A stretch of DNA of 64,000 bases, taken from positions 576,001 to 640,000 of the forward strand of contig OY776510.1 of assembly GCA_963675665.1 (NCBI GenBank), in the 5' to 3' direction. Shown here in pieces: positions 1-8,359 of this stretch. A model generated the notes under the pieces. That model was given only the letters and a program-made list of their open reading frames with translations, made no database searches and was not told where the DNA came from. Made by a program: the position numbers and the translations under genes. The first letter of the stretch is position 1. Each line of letters opens with the position of its first letter. The stretch is from Spirochaetia bacterium. Lineage in GTDB: Bacteria > Spirochaetota > Spirochaetia > UBA9216.

Positions 1-43
1 CAATTGCGTATCTTTTTAAAAATATTTTATATTGATTAATCAT
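1..43 (-). CDS. 5' end of probable sugar ABC permease (runs off window)
   Basis: ATG at 43 directly after the ATPase stop, reading MINQYKIFLKRYAI; this is where the missing permease of the SBP-ATPase operon is expected. Confidence 0.5.
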   Translation of the reverse strand, partial: MINQYKIFLKRYAI

Positions 44-1540
44 CTAATATTCTCCTGAAGCCAAATGTAATATCCGTTCCTGGTTTGCTTCTTCTTTTTG
101 CAGCTCACCGGCCACTACGCCCTCATGCATTACGATTATTCGATCCGACATCCCGATAAGTTCGGGCATCTCTGAAGAGATAAGAACAATCCCTTTGCCG
201 CTTTCTGCAAGCCTGGTAATAAGCTCATATATCTCCTGCTTGGCCCCCACATCAATTCCCCGGGTCGGCTCATCAAAAAGAATAATGTCGCAATCGGTAG
301 CCAGCCACCGGGCAAGAACCACCTTCTGCTGATTTCCTCCGGACAACTCCTTTATCTTCTTTTCAATACCGGGACATACGATATTAAGCATTTTGCGGTA
401 TTTTTCCGCAACTTCTCTCATTTTTTGGGGAACAAGAAGATGCATTTTGCTGACACGACCGAAAGAGCTGTATGATATATTCTCCTTTATTGAAAGTTCC
501 GAAATAATCCCGTGTTGTTTGCGGTCTTCCGGAAGCAGACCCAATCCCTGCCTGACGGCTTCCATGGGATGCCCTATCTTTACCGTTTTTCCTTTCACTT
601 TTATTTCGCCGCCGGAAACCGGATCCGCACCGAACACGGCACGGACCAGCTCGGTCCTGCCGGCGCCGACAAGACCGCCGAACCCGACAATCTCGCCGGA
701 TCTCAATATAAATGATACGTTCTTTACGTTCTTTGCGGCGCTCAAATTGTTTACTTCAAGAAGAACATCTCCCAAACGTGTCTTTCTTTCAGGATAGGTT
801 TCCAGAAGCTCACGGCCGACCATGCTTTTTATCAATTCATTTTTGTTTGTTTCCGAGGTTATATAAGTGGTAATTAATTTTCCGTCCCGGAAAACCGAAA
901 CCCGGTCTGAAAGCTCAAAAATCTCGGCCATACGATGAGAAATATAGATAACAGTTACACCCCTTTTTTTCAGGTTCTTTACAAGATCAAAGAGTTTGTC
1001 CACCTCGCTTTGGGTCAGCGGGGCGGAAGGCTCATCCATTATCAGTATTTTTACATTATGCGAGATGGCCTTTGCTATCTCGACAATCTGCTGATATGCA
1101 ACCGTAAGATGCTGCACTTTCATTTTCGGGTCCATCTCGATACCGAGGCTTTTCAACGCTTCTGCCGCTTTCTTATTCATCGTCTTTATATCAAGCAGCC
1201 CGTTGGGCAGCTTTAACTCATTACCGAGAAAGATATTTTCAGCGATACTCAGATAGGGTATCAGGTTAAATTCCTGATAGATTGCAGCTATTCCGTATTT
1301 AAACATTGCCTCATACGGAGAAAAGGTTTTGCCGACAGCCCCCTCAATGGAAATCTCCCCGCTGTCTGCCTTTATTGCTCCTGTCAGAATCTTTATTAAA
1401 GTTGATTTGCCGGCCCCGTTTTCTCCACAGATTGCATGGATCTCGTTTTTAAAGAAATCAAGGTTAATGTCATCCAATGCAACAACACCGGGATACGTCT
1501 TTGTTATCCCGGCTACCGACAGCGCAGATTCGTTCTGCAT
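44..1540 (-). CDS. Sugar ABC transporter ATP-binding protein (RbsA/MglA type)
   Basis: Walker A GENGAGKST, ILIMDEP, second-half signature LSGGNQQKV and DEPTRGIDVGAK. Confidence 0.95.
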   Translation of the reverse strand: MQNESALSVAGITKTYPGVVALDDINLDFFKNEIHAICGENGAGKSTLIKILTGAIKADSGEISIEGAVGKTFSPYEAMFKYGIAAIYQEFNLIPYLSIAENIFLGNELKLPNGLLDIKTMNKKAAEALKSLGIEMDPKMKVQHLTVAYQQIVEIAKAISHNVKILIMDEPSAPLTQSEVDKLFDLVKNLKKRGVTVIYISHRMAEIFELSDRVSVFRDGKLITTYITSETNKNELIKSMVGRELLETYPERKTRLGDVLLEVNNLSAAKNVKNVSFILRSGEIVGFGGLVGAGRTELVRAVFGADPVSGGEIKVKGKTVKIGHPMEAVRQGLGLLPEDRKQHGIISELSIKENISYSSFGRVSKMHLLVPQKMREVAEKYRKMLNIVCPGIEKKIKELSGGNQQKVVLARWLATDCDIILFDEPTRGIDVGAKQEIYELITRLAESGKGIVLISSEMPELIGMSDRIIVMHEGVVAGELQKEEANQERILHLASGEY

Positions 1541-1551
1541 AATTAACTCCC

Positions 1552-1587
1552 TTAAAAAAAATCTCCCGCCTTTTTGACAGGCGGGAG
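1552..1587 (-). terminator. Intra-operon hairpin/terminator after the binding-protein gene
   Basis: CTCCCGCCT(1563-1571)/AGGCGGGAG(1579-1587) stem followed by a T-run on the minus strand. Confidence 0.7.
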
Positions 1588-1595
1588 TTCCCTGT

Positions 1596-2549
1596 TCAGT
1601 TCATGTATTTTGCTACATTTGCAATAGTAATTGCTTCGTTTACAATCTTCTGATGGGCCTCAACAGATTCTCCATTGATCAACTTGTAAAGTATCTCCAT
1701 CTCCTGTTTTCCCGATTCGTAGGGAGCCATGCTGACTGAAGCCCTGTACATGCCGCCTTCACTGATAAGCTTCAAAGCCTGATCAACGCCGTCGGTACCG
1801 CCGATCCAGGTTTTTGCCGGGTCTTTCTTGGCGGCCATCATTGCCTCGTATGCACCGAGAGCCCCGTCGTCATTCAGACAACCTATTACCGCCAAATCCG
1901 GGTGTGCCTGCAGAATGGATTCGGTCACTTCCATCCCCGTGTCGGTCTGGAAAGCGTCCTGCCTGGCAACCAGTTCGGCATCGGGAGCTTCGGAAAGAAT
2001 ACCGTCTCTGATACCGTCTGTTCGCGGAATTACAAACGGGGTACAATCTGCTGCGAGCAGGGCAAATTTGGCCTTTCCGCCGAGTTCACTCTTGATAAAC
2101 TTGCCCGCTTCAACACCCTCGAGAAATCCGTAATGGTATTCATCGTTTGAAAGCGATCCCGAAGCGCCTTCCAGAGGGTGTACAGCCGCCATTACCTCTA
2201 TTCCTGCTGCCTGCGCTTTTTTGCAGTATTCCTTACTGGCTTTCTCGTCAACACAGGAAATCATGATTCCGTCTACCTTACTGGTAATCAGGTTTTCCCA
2301 GGTATTGATCTCTTTGGCAGGATCTACCTGCAAATCGACAACAGTCAGCTTCACACCAAGCTGTTCAGCCATTTCTTCAGCGCCTTTCGCCTGAGACGCC
2401 CAGAACGGGTTCCCCAAATCATGGACCATAAAAGTAACTCTGAGCTGATCAGGCTCTGCCGATTCCTGCTGACCTCCCGCAAAAACCGGTACTGCCGCAA
2501 ATACTACAAGCAGTACTGCAGCTGCTAATAATAGGACTTTTTTGTTCAT
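1596..2549 (-). CDS. Sugar ABC transporter substrate-binding protein (RbsB fold)
   Basis: ATG at 2549 after GGAGG; signal peptide then FAGGQQE; NPFW, NDDGALGA and GTDG motifs. Confidence 0.92.
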   Translation of the reverse strand: MNKKVLLLAAAVLLVVFAAVPVFAGGQQESAEPDQLRVTFMVHDLGNPFWASQAKGAEEMAEQLGVKLTVVDLQVDPAKEINTWENLITSKVDGIMISCVDEKASKEYCKKAQAAGIEVMAAVHPLEGASGSLSNDEYHYGFLEGVEAGKFIKSELGGKAKFALLAADCTPFVIPRTDGIRDGILSEAPDAELVARQDAFQTDTGMEVTESILQAHPDLAVIGCLNDDGALGAYEAMMAAKKDPAKTWIGGTDGVDQALKLISEGGMYRASVSMAPYESGKQEMEILYKLINGESVEAHQKIVNEAITIANVAKYMN

Positions 2550-2580
2550 ACGAACCTCCAAATATATTTTGCTGTCTTTA

Positions 2581-2596
2581 TGCAGGTTGCGTGCCA
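2581..2596 (-). promoter_or_regulatory. sigma54 (-24/-12) promoter
   Basis: Minus strand TGGCACGCAACCTGCA, GG-N10-GC spacing, about 30 bp upstream of the SBP start. Confidence 0.8.
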
Positions 2597-2684
2597 AAAT
2601 TGTTATCGGGCAATAACAGAGGTATCTCTTTTATATATCAAATTTTATTATATATGTAGAATTTTAGATGTTTGAATTAATCAA

Positions 2685-2719
2685 TACCCAGTTTTACCCG
2701 TTTACACGGAATGAGTAAA
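2685..2719. promoter_or_regulatory. Putative enhancer (bEBP-binding site)
   Basis: TACCCAGTTTTACCCG...TACACGGAATGAGTAAA, resembling 35147-35172 at a near-identical distance from the -24 element. Confidence 0.5.
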
Positions 2720-2752
2720 TTCGGGGAGTGTTAAATATCGGGGAATTCTACA

Positions 2753-3526
2753 TTAATCCCACGGAAGTTTTGCCTTTCTGCGTACCGAGATTTCATCAAT
2801 CATCGCATTTCCTTTCATGGCAAGCAGAAATGTTATCGTCTCGGCAATTTCTTCAGGAGGGATCATCTCAGAGGCATCAATATCAGGCCTGACATTACGG
2901 ATGAGATCAGTATTGACTCCTCCGGGATTTATTGCATGCACTCGTATTGATGTGTCCTTCAAATCACGGGCTGCAGCCTTGGTAAAACCGAGCAGGGCAT
3001 GCTTCGACGCTGAATAAAGAGCCTGATTTTCATATCCCTTGTACGCAACAACCGAACCGATATTGATTATAAAACCGGGGTCGGCCTTTTCCAGCAGGGG
3101 GACTGCATGTTGCATCAAAAAAAAGGGCGTGCGGGCATTAATATTCATTGTTCTTTCCCAGTCTTCCGCCGTGTATTCACCTGTTCTTTTGGGGATAACA
3201 ATTCCGGCATTATTTACCAGAAGATCCAGCCTGTCAAAACTTTTTACAAAAGCACCAAACAGCCTGTCGGCGGCATCGGGCCGCGAGAGATCTTCAGTCT
3301 GTATAACAACAAGGGGGCCTTCGCCGCAGCCGAACTGTTCGTCGGACGAAGCTGCTGCTGCCTTGCGAACAAGGGCGGCAGTTTCTTCAAGGGCTTTCTC
3401 ATCCCGGCCCGTCAAAAAATAATCATAGCCGAAACCCGCCGCTGCAACCGCTATCGCCCGCCCTATACCGCGCGAAGCTCCTGTGATCAGCGCTACTTTT
3501 CTTTCAACATCGGTTTTTATTTTCAA
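2753..3526 (-). CDS. Short-chain dehydrogenase/reductase (SDR)
   Basis: TGASRGIG, NNAG and YSASK motifs. Confidence 0.92.
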   Translation of the reverse strand: MKIKTDVERKVALITGASRGIGRAIAVAAAGFGYDYFLTGRDEKALEETAALVRKAAAASSDEQFGCGEGPLVVIQTEDLSRPDAADRLFGAFVKSFDRLDLLVNNAGIVIPKRTGEYTAEDWERTMNINARTPFFLMQHAVPLLEKADPGFIINIGSVVAYKGYENQALYSASKHALLGFTKAAARDLKDTSIRVHAINPGGVNTDLIRNVRPDIDASEMIPPEEIAETITFLLAMKGNAMIDEISVRRKAKLPWD

Positions 3527-4008
3527 CTCCGTCCCTCCTCAGCTTTTTCCAGCACCTTTACAGCTTTCGGCACAGTATCGCCGGGCTTAACCTTATACCA
3601 GCTTTCAATAATTTTGCCGCCGGGACCAATCAGAAAAGAAGAGCGGATTATCCCGTAATATTTTTTACCGTACATTGATTTTTCACCCCAGACACCGAAC
3701 GCTTCAGCAACTGAGTGATCCTCATCACAAAGCAGCGGGAATTGCAGGTCATACTTTTCTTCAAATTTTTTCTGTTTTGCCCGGTTGTCGGGGCTTATCC
3801 CGACAGTTGAGCAGTTCAGCTTTTCAAAATCGTCCCGGGCCTCGCTTACCGCACAGCTCTGAGCTGTACAACCCGGGGTCAGCGCTTTGGGATAAAAATA
3901 AACCAGAAGAAATTTCCCCGCATAATCGGACAACTTGTGCTCTTTACCGTTCTGATCTGATAAAGAGAACTCCGGACATGCATCGCCGCTTTTTAATGTA
4001 TTCCCCAT
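3523..4008 (-). CDS. bcp: Thioredoxin-dependent peroxiredoxin Bcp
   Basis: YFYPKALTPGCTAQSC, GISPD, FPLLCD, RSSFLI. Confidence 0.92.
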   Translation of the reverse strand: MGNTLKSGDACPEFSLSDQNGKEHKLSDYAGKFLLVYFYPKALTPGCTAQSCAVSEARDDFEKLNCSTVGISPDNRAKQKKFEEKYDLQFPLLCDEDHSVAEAFGVWGEKSMYGKKYYGIIRSSFLIGPGGKIIESWYKVKPGDTVPKAVKVLEKAEEGRS

Positions 4009-4020
4009 ATTTTATACTCC

Positions 4021-4724
4021 TTAAAAAGAAAGCATATATCCCGCATTCAGTCCCAAACTGAAATTCCCGCTGTATTCATAGATCCCAAAACACCAAGACT
4101 GAAGTTTTTATAAGAAAATGTATATCCGGCTGAGGCCCCGGCTTTGCTTCCTCCAAACAGATTTCCGCCGAATTCGAATCTGTTCAAAAATACGTTTTCA
4201 TCATCCGAAACTGCCCCGGTTAAATAAGCAACCGGAGCCATACCGGTTTCGTCATACATAATATCCACAGATATCCCAAGGTAAAAACTTCCGTAAACGT
4301 TGAACAGCCCGGCAAAACCGGCATAAGGGACCGTTTACTCCCGGCCGAAATCATAGTATCCGCCAACCTCCAGAGAGAACAACAATGCCTTGTTCTCTGA
4401 TGATTTGCCTGATAAAAATGCCAGTCCGCCTCCGGATAAACCGAGTGAAAGTTTTTGGTTACTTAAACAGTATACACCCACCAGGCCTGCCTGAAAATTG
4501 TTAATTCCCAAATCATACCTGATAACGCCGAACCCGTCCGAATACGGTAAATACATGCCGCTGAACCTGTGGATCAGGTTTTTGCGGTTTACGGCAACGG
4601 AAAACATGGGCCCAGGATAAACCCCGTACCCGCCCCAAAAGAAATCAGCTGATATTCCTGCATAAAAATTATCAAAAAAATTATACAATACGTCTACTTC
4701 AGGAGTTCCGTAAAACGCGGTTTG
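4021..4724 (-). pseudogene. Disrupted 3' tail of the 4725..7394 gene (repeats 3 and 4)
   Basis: The same frame continues past TAG (4725-4727) and TAA (4335-4337) with matching repeat motifs; a 1-nt shift near 4070 restores GNFSLGLNAGYMLSF-stop at 4021. Confidence 0.75.
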
Positions 4725-7394
4725 CTAATCATCTGTATCTCCGAACAGCATTCCAAAACCTGCCGGAACCATCCATTTGCCCCTATGCTCAGGGACAGTT
4801 GCAACTTCTTCCCCGGGTTCTTCGATTTCCGCAAGTTCTTCAGTTTTATCGGATTTTTTTCCGGGCATAAATGTATATCCGCCGGTGAGGCCGATACCAT
4901 ATCCCATAATTTCTTCATCTGTTTGATGTGCCATGACCCCGTAAAGACCTATATAAAAATTTTTATAGATAAAATTATATTTAACTGCGGCCATGCCCAA
5001 ATCAACCGGTAGATATATACCGGCTATCAAATGCGAAACAGATCTGTTCTCATTGGAAAAAACGACAGCCGGTAACGGCACCAGAAATCTACTGTTACCC
5101 GAGAAAATCAGATCCAGGACTGCACCCAGATAAATATCTCCAAAAAAATTATAGAGCACTCCGGATCCTGCCACCAAACCTGATCCAAGATAATATAAAC
5201 CGTATATTCCGCCCGCTCCTACAGGAACCATCCATTTCCCGCCGGTTTCAGAGGGATATACTGTCTCTTCCTCAGGCTCTTCGGTTTTCGCAATTTCTAC
5301 AGTTTTACCGGATTTTTTCCCGGGCATGAATGTATATCCGCCGGATATTCCAAGGTCAAAGGTTTCATCACCGATATGCCAGCAGCCCAGAACTCCGAGA
5401 TCAAAATTGTGGAAACCGAAATCATAAGCAAAAGCCGCGATTCCGGACCATGCCGGCAAATAAATGCCGCTGATTCTATGGGACATTGTCTGCTCATCAT
5501 TGATAAATGCCATGGACAACAACGGGAGGGGATAGAGTGAATTTATAATAGCTAATCCAATATCTCCTCCTGCATAAACATTACCAAAAAAATTGTACAG
5601 AACACCTGTCTTGATTAATATTCCGTGGTAATCATCATTAATCAGTCCGAATATTGTTCCGGCACTTACCGGAATCATCCACCGACTCTTTTCTGCTTCA
5701 ACCTCGACAGGTTCGTGAAAATTCATTTCCGGATGCTCACGAACGGCCGTATATTCGATCTCCAACGCTGCCTTATAGGCTTCCAGCCGCCCCTCTATAA
5801 ATTCAATTTTGTCGGCCGGAGTGTTTAATTCCGACAAGGCTTCCTTAAGCGGGATATATCCTGATTTAATCAAGTCAATATTCTCATAAAATTCGGATAT
5901 TCCCGTATTCGCATTGCATATCATTCCGGTTATTCCTAAACCGATTAATAAAGGCCCGCCGACTGCGCCTCCCCATTTTGTCCATTCAAGAATATTGGCC
6001 GTCAGGTAATTTTTTTCAATCAGTCTGTGCAGTTCTTCCAGTTCTACCGAGTCGACTGATGTCTGATAAACTTCATATGCCGCATCAGCCTCAGAAATCA
6101 GGTCTGCTGCCGGATTATCAATAAACATCCAGCTGCTTAAACCGGAAAGAGCAACTCCGGACAGAACCGATGACCAGGGCAGAAGATTGCCCGGTTTATC
6201 AGCCCGCTTCTTTCCGTATTCAAAAACGGCATCATTGAAGAAATAATATTCATCGATAAACTTTCTCCTGAATGCATTGCTGCAGCCTGGCAGATAATTT
6301 TCAGAAATCAGGTATGTTCCAACGCCCGATTCAAGCTCTTTTTCTGAAAATAAATCAAAAGCGGAAGCCCGCTGCAGATAAACGGCCAAATCAAAAGCCG
6401 AACTCTGATCTGCCTGCGACATGCTGTTGTCTTTTTCAAGCACAGGTAACATCCCGGCTTCGTATCCTTCAATCAACGAAAGTTTTGATTCAAAAAGCCT
6501 CCAGCTGTCGATCTTTTTCATTTTTTCTTTACCGTACCCGTTAAGACCGGTACAGAAATCTGTTTTGCTGAACAGTTTCTTTAATTCTGCCGCAGATGTT
6601 TCAGCTTCAGGATAATCTGCAATCCCTGTCATTCTTGCGTCCAAAACAGATTCAAGATTTTTGATCCGCGCCTCTTCTTCCGGCAATAAAAAAGGTATTT
6701 TAAACTCACCCTGGGCGGTCTGGTTTTCCAGTACTATAACCGGTTCTTCATGAATGATTACCTCATTGCCGAACCGGTGCTGCTTTACCTGCAATAAGTA
6801 CTCGCCGTTAAGAATGTTCTCAAAATAAAACTTGCCGCTGCCGAGGGTCAGATCATCAAGGAAGACAGTAAAAGACCCCTTTTCACCGGTATTCTCAAGC
6901 AGAAGATTTCCGTAGCCTATGTGTATCCCCGTGAGGGATTCAAGCATGGCCGTTACCGAATCATCCATCACGTCAAAAATGTCGAAAACGCTGACAATCG
7001 TTTCGGTGCGGCTTATTTCCACTTCTCCGCCTGAGAAATTATATACGTTTATATTGAATAATGTATTCCTGCCGACAGACTTGAGGTTTCCGTATATCAT
7101 TTTGTCTATCGAGTTTTCCCCGGCAAACTTTTCGATATCCGCTGATGTAATTCTCCGATCCGATTCAGGCATCTGATACATATCATAATCGCCTATAATT
7201 CTAAGCGTCATGTCTATCTGGCTGTCTATGAAACTGCATAATGAATCATATTCATACCGGCCGGTATCATTTGAAATTGGAACAGTGAGGATACGAAGAT
7301 TGAGGTCGGAAGGTTCGGAGTATATCGATAAACCGGTAAAAAACAGGTTTATTAAACTTAAAAAAAGAACCATGGAATATTTATTATGCTTCAT
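4725..7394 (-). CDS. Secreted/membrane protein with PEGA-like region, two hydrophobic segments and tandem ~150-aa beta-barrel-like repeats
   Basis: Signal peptide; repeats WMIPV/WMVPV..GVLYNFFG..GIYLP..GGYTFMPGKKS with acidic linkers; nucleotide-level repeat near 4851-4885 and 5310-5344. Confidence 0.7.
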   Translation of the reverse strand: MKHNKYSMVLFLSLINLFFTGLSIYSEPSDLNLRILTVPISNDTGRYEYDSLCSFIDSQIDMTLRIIGDYDMYQMPESDRRITSADIEKFAGENSIDKMIYGNLKSVGRNTLFNINVYNFSGGEVEISRTETIVSVFDIFDVMDDSVTAMLESLTGIHIGYGNLLLENTGEKGSFTVFLDDLTLGSGKFYFENILNGEYLLQVKQHRFGNEVIIHEEPVIVLENQTAQGEFKIPFLLPEEEARIKNLESVLDARMTGIADYPEAETSAAELKKLFSKTDFCTGLNGYGKEKMKKIDSWRLFESKLSLIEGYEAGMLPVLEKDNSMSQADQSSAFDLAVYLQRASAFDLFSEKELESGVGTYLISENYLPGCSNAFRRKFIDEYYFFNDAVFEYGKKRADKPGNLLPWSSVLSGVALSGLSSWMFIDNPAADLISEADAAYEVYQTSVDSVELEELHRLIEKNYLTANILEWTKWGGAVGGPLLIGLGITGMICNANTGISEFYENIDLIKSGYIPLKEALSELNTPADKIEFIEGRLEAYKAALEIEYTAVREHPEMNFHEPVEVEAEKSRWMIPVSAGTIFGLINDDYHGILIKTGVLYNFFGNVYAGGDIGLAIINSLYPLPLLSMAFINDEQTMSHRISGIYLPAWSGIAAFAYDFGFHNFDLGVLGCWHIGDETFDLGISGGYTFMPGKKSGKTVEIAKTEEPEEETVYPSETGGKWMVPVGAGGIYGLYYLGSGLVAGSGVLYNFFGDIYLGAVLDLIFSGNSRFLVPLPAVVFSNENRSVSHLIAGIYLPVDLGMAAVKYNFIYKNFYIGLYGVMAHQTDEEIMGYGIGLTGGYTFMPGKKSDKTEELAEIEEPGEEVATVPEHRGKWMVPAGFGMLFGDTDD

Positions 7395-7442
7395 CGATGC
7401 CTCTTAACTTCACAGTTGTTATTCTTGCAATACAAATTCAAT

Positions 7443-8204
7443 TTAAAAAACAGCCCAATCCATTTCCCAGACGGAATCGGAAACCATAAAATTTCCGGAG
7501 CCGCCGCCCCCGCTTTGCTGATAAGCCAATGTTGTAAAACCTGCGTCATGATAGTAGACAAGATAAAGCAGGCCGCTCGGGTATCCGTCATGAAAAACCA
7601 TAAACCCTGAGCCGCCCAGGAATTCATTGCTGCTGGTAACAGTAAAGTCTACTTTGGCTATTGTTCCCGGCTCGATATCCAGATAATCAGCATTAAGTAC
7701 TGATGTAGAAGGATGATGAATGCCCCCCTGGGCTTCAAAAGGAAGCACTATATCCGACGGATGTGTAGTAGACCATGAAACAGAGTACGAACCTTCAAAT
7801 TCAGCACTGAATGACCCTGAAGCCCCATCGCTTAAAGAGATTGGCTCCGCCGCAAGAAGGCCCAGATAAAAACCAAGCATATAAAACGGCATTGCAGAAG
7901 TTTGTACAGCCGTTCCAAAACCTGGCAACACTCCGCCTGTACTGTTTTCGGTTATCTGAAGTTCTTCGGCGGAATAAACGTAGTTAAAAGAGCCTGAAGC
8001 ATTTTCATGTTCTTCCTGAAGTTCAGTATCAGTAACATTAATTGTTGTTTTTATAATTACAGCGCTATCCAGTCTTTCAGAGATAAAAAGAGGATCTTTG
8101 GGATTATTCAGCAGCGGCATTTGATAAAAACAGCTTATCATCAGAAATCCAGATATTATGGTTAGTCCAAGAAGTATATACAAATGTTGTCTTTTAAATG
8201 CCAT
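7443..8204 (-). CDS. Hypothetical lipoprotein
   Basis: Basic N-terminus, hydrophobic core and FLMISC lipobox-like Cys; beta-rich Ser/Gly sequence. Confidence 0.65.
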   Translation of the reverse strand: MAFKRQHLYILLGLTIISGFLMISCFYQMPLLNNPKDPLFISERLDSAVIIKTTINVTDTELQEEHENASGSFNYVYSAEELQITENSTGGVLPGFGTAVQTSAMPFYMLGFYLGLLAAEPISLSDGASGSFSAEFEGSYSVSWSTTHPSDIVLPFEAQGGIHHPSTSVLNADYLDIEPGTIAKVDFTVTSSNEFLGGSGFMVFHDGYPSGLLYLVYYHDAGFTTLAYQQSGGGGSGNFMVSDSVWEMDWAVF

Positions 8205-8359
8205 TCATTATCCTGAAGCCGTTAATATTATCCATGAACATTATGAATTACTGAAGAGTCATGGTCAAGCAAAAAAGTTTATTAGTAATTGTTCTATTCA
8301 GAAACATGCGTTATAATTCCGTTTATAAAAAACAATCTGTTTATTAACAAGGATATAAG

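Noticed and set aside
2620-2660. IHF sites in AT-rich stretches between enhancers and sigma54 promoters
   Set aside because: Only partial matches in very AT-rich DNA; cannot be supported by eye
4335-4727. Stop-codon recoding (pyrrolysine or alternative code) to explain the in-frame stops
   Set aside because: The stops differ (TAG and TAA), a frameshift follows, and TAG/TAA end normal genes elsewhere in the window; decay is simpler
4725-5700. Repeats as a diversity-generating retroelement TR/VR pair
   Set aside because: No reverse transcriptase in the window, and the repeats diverge at all bases, not only adenines
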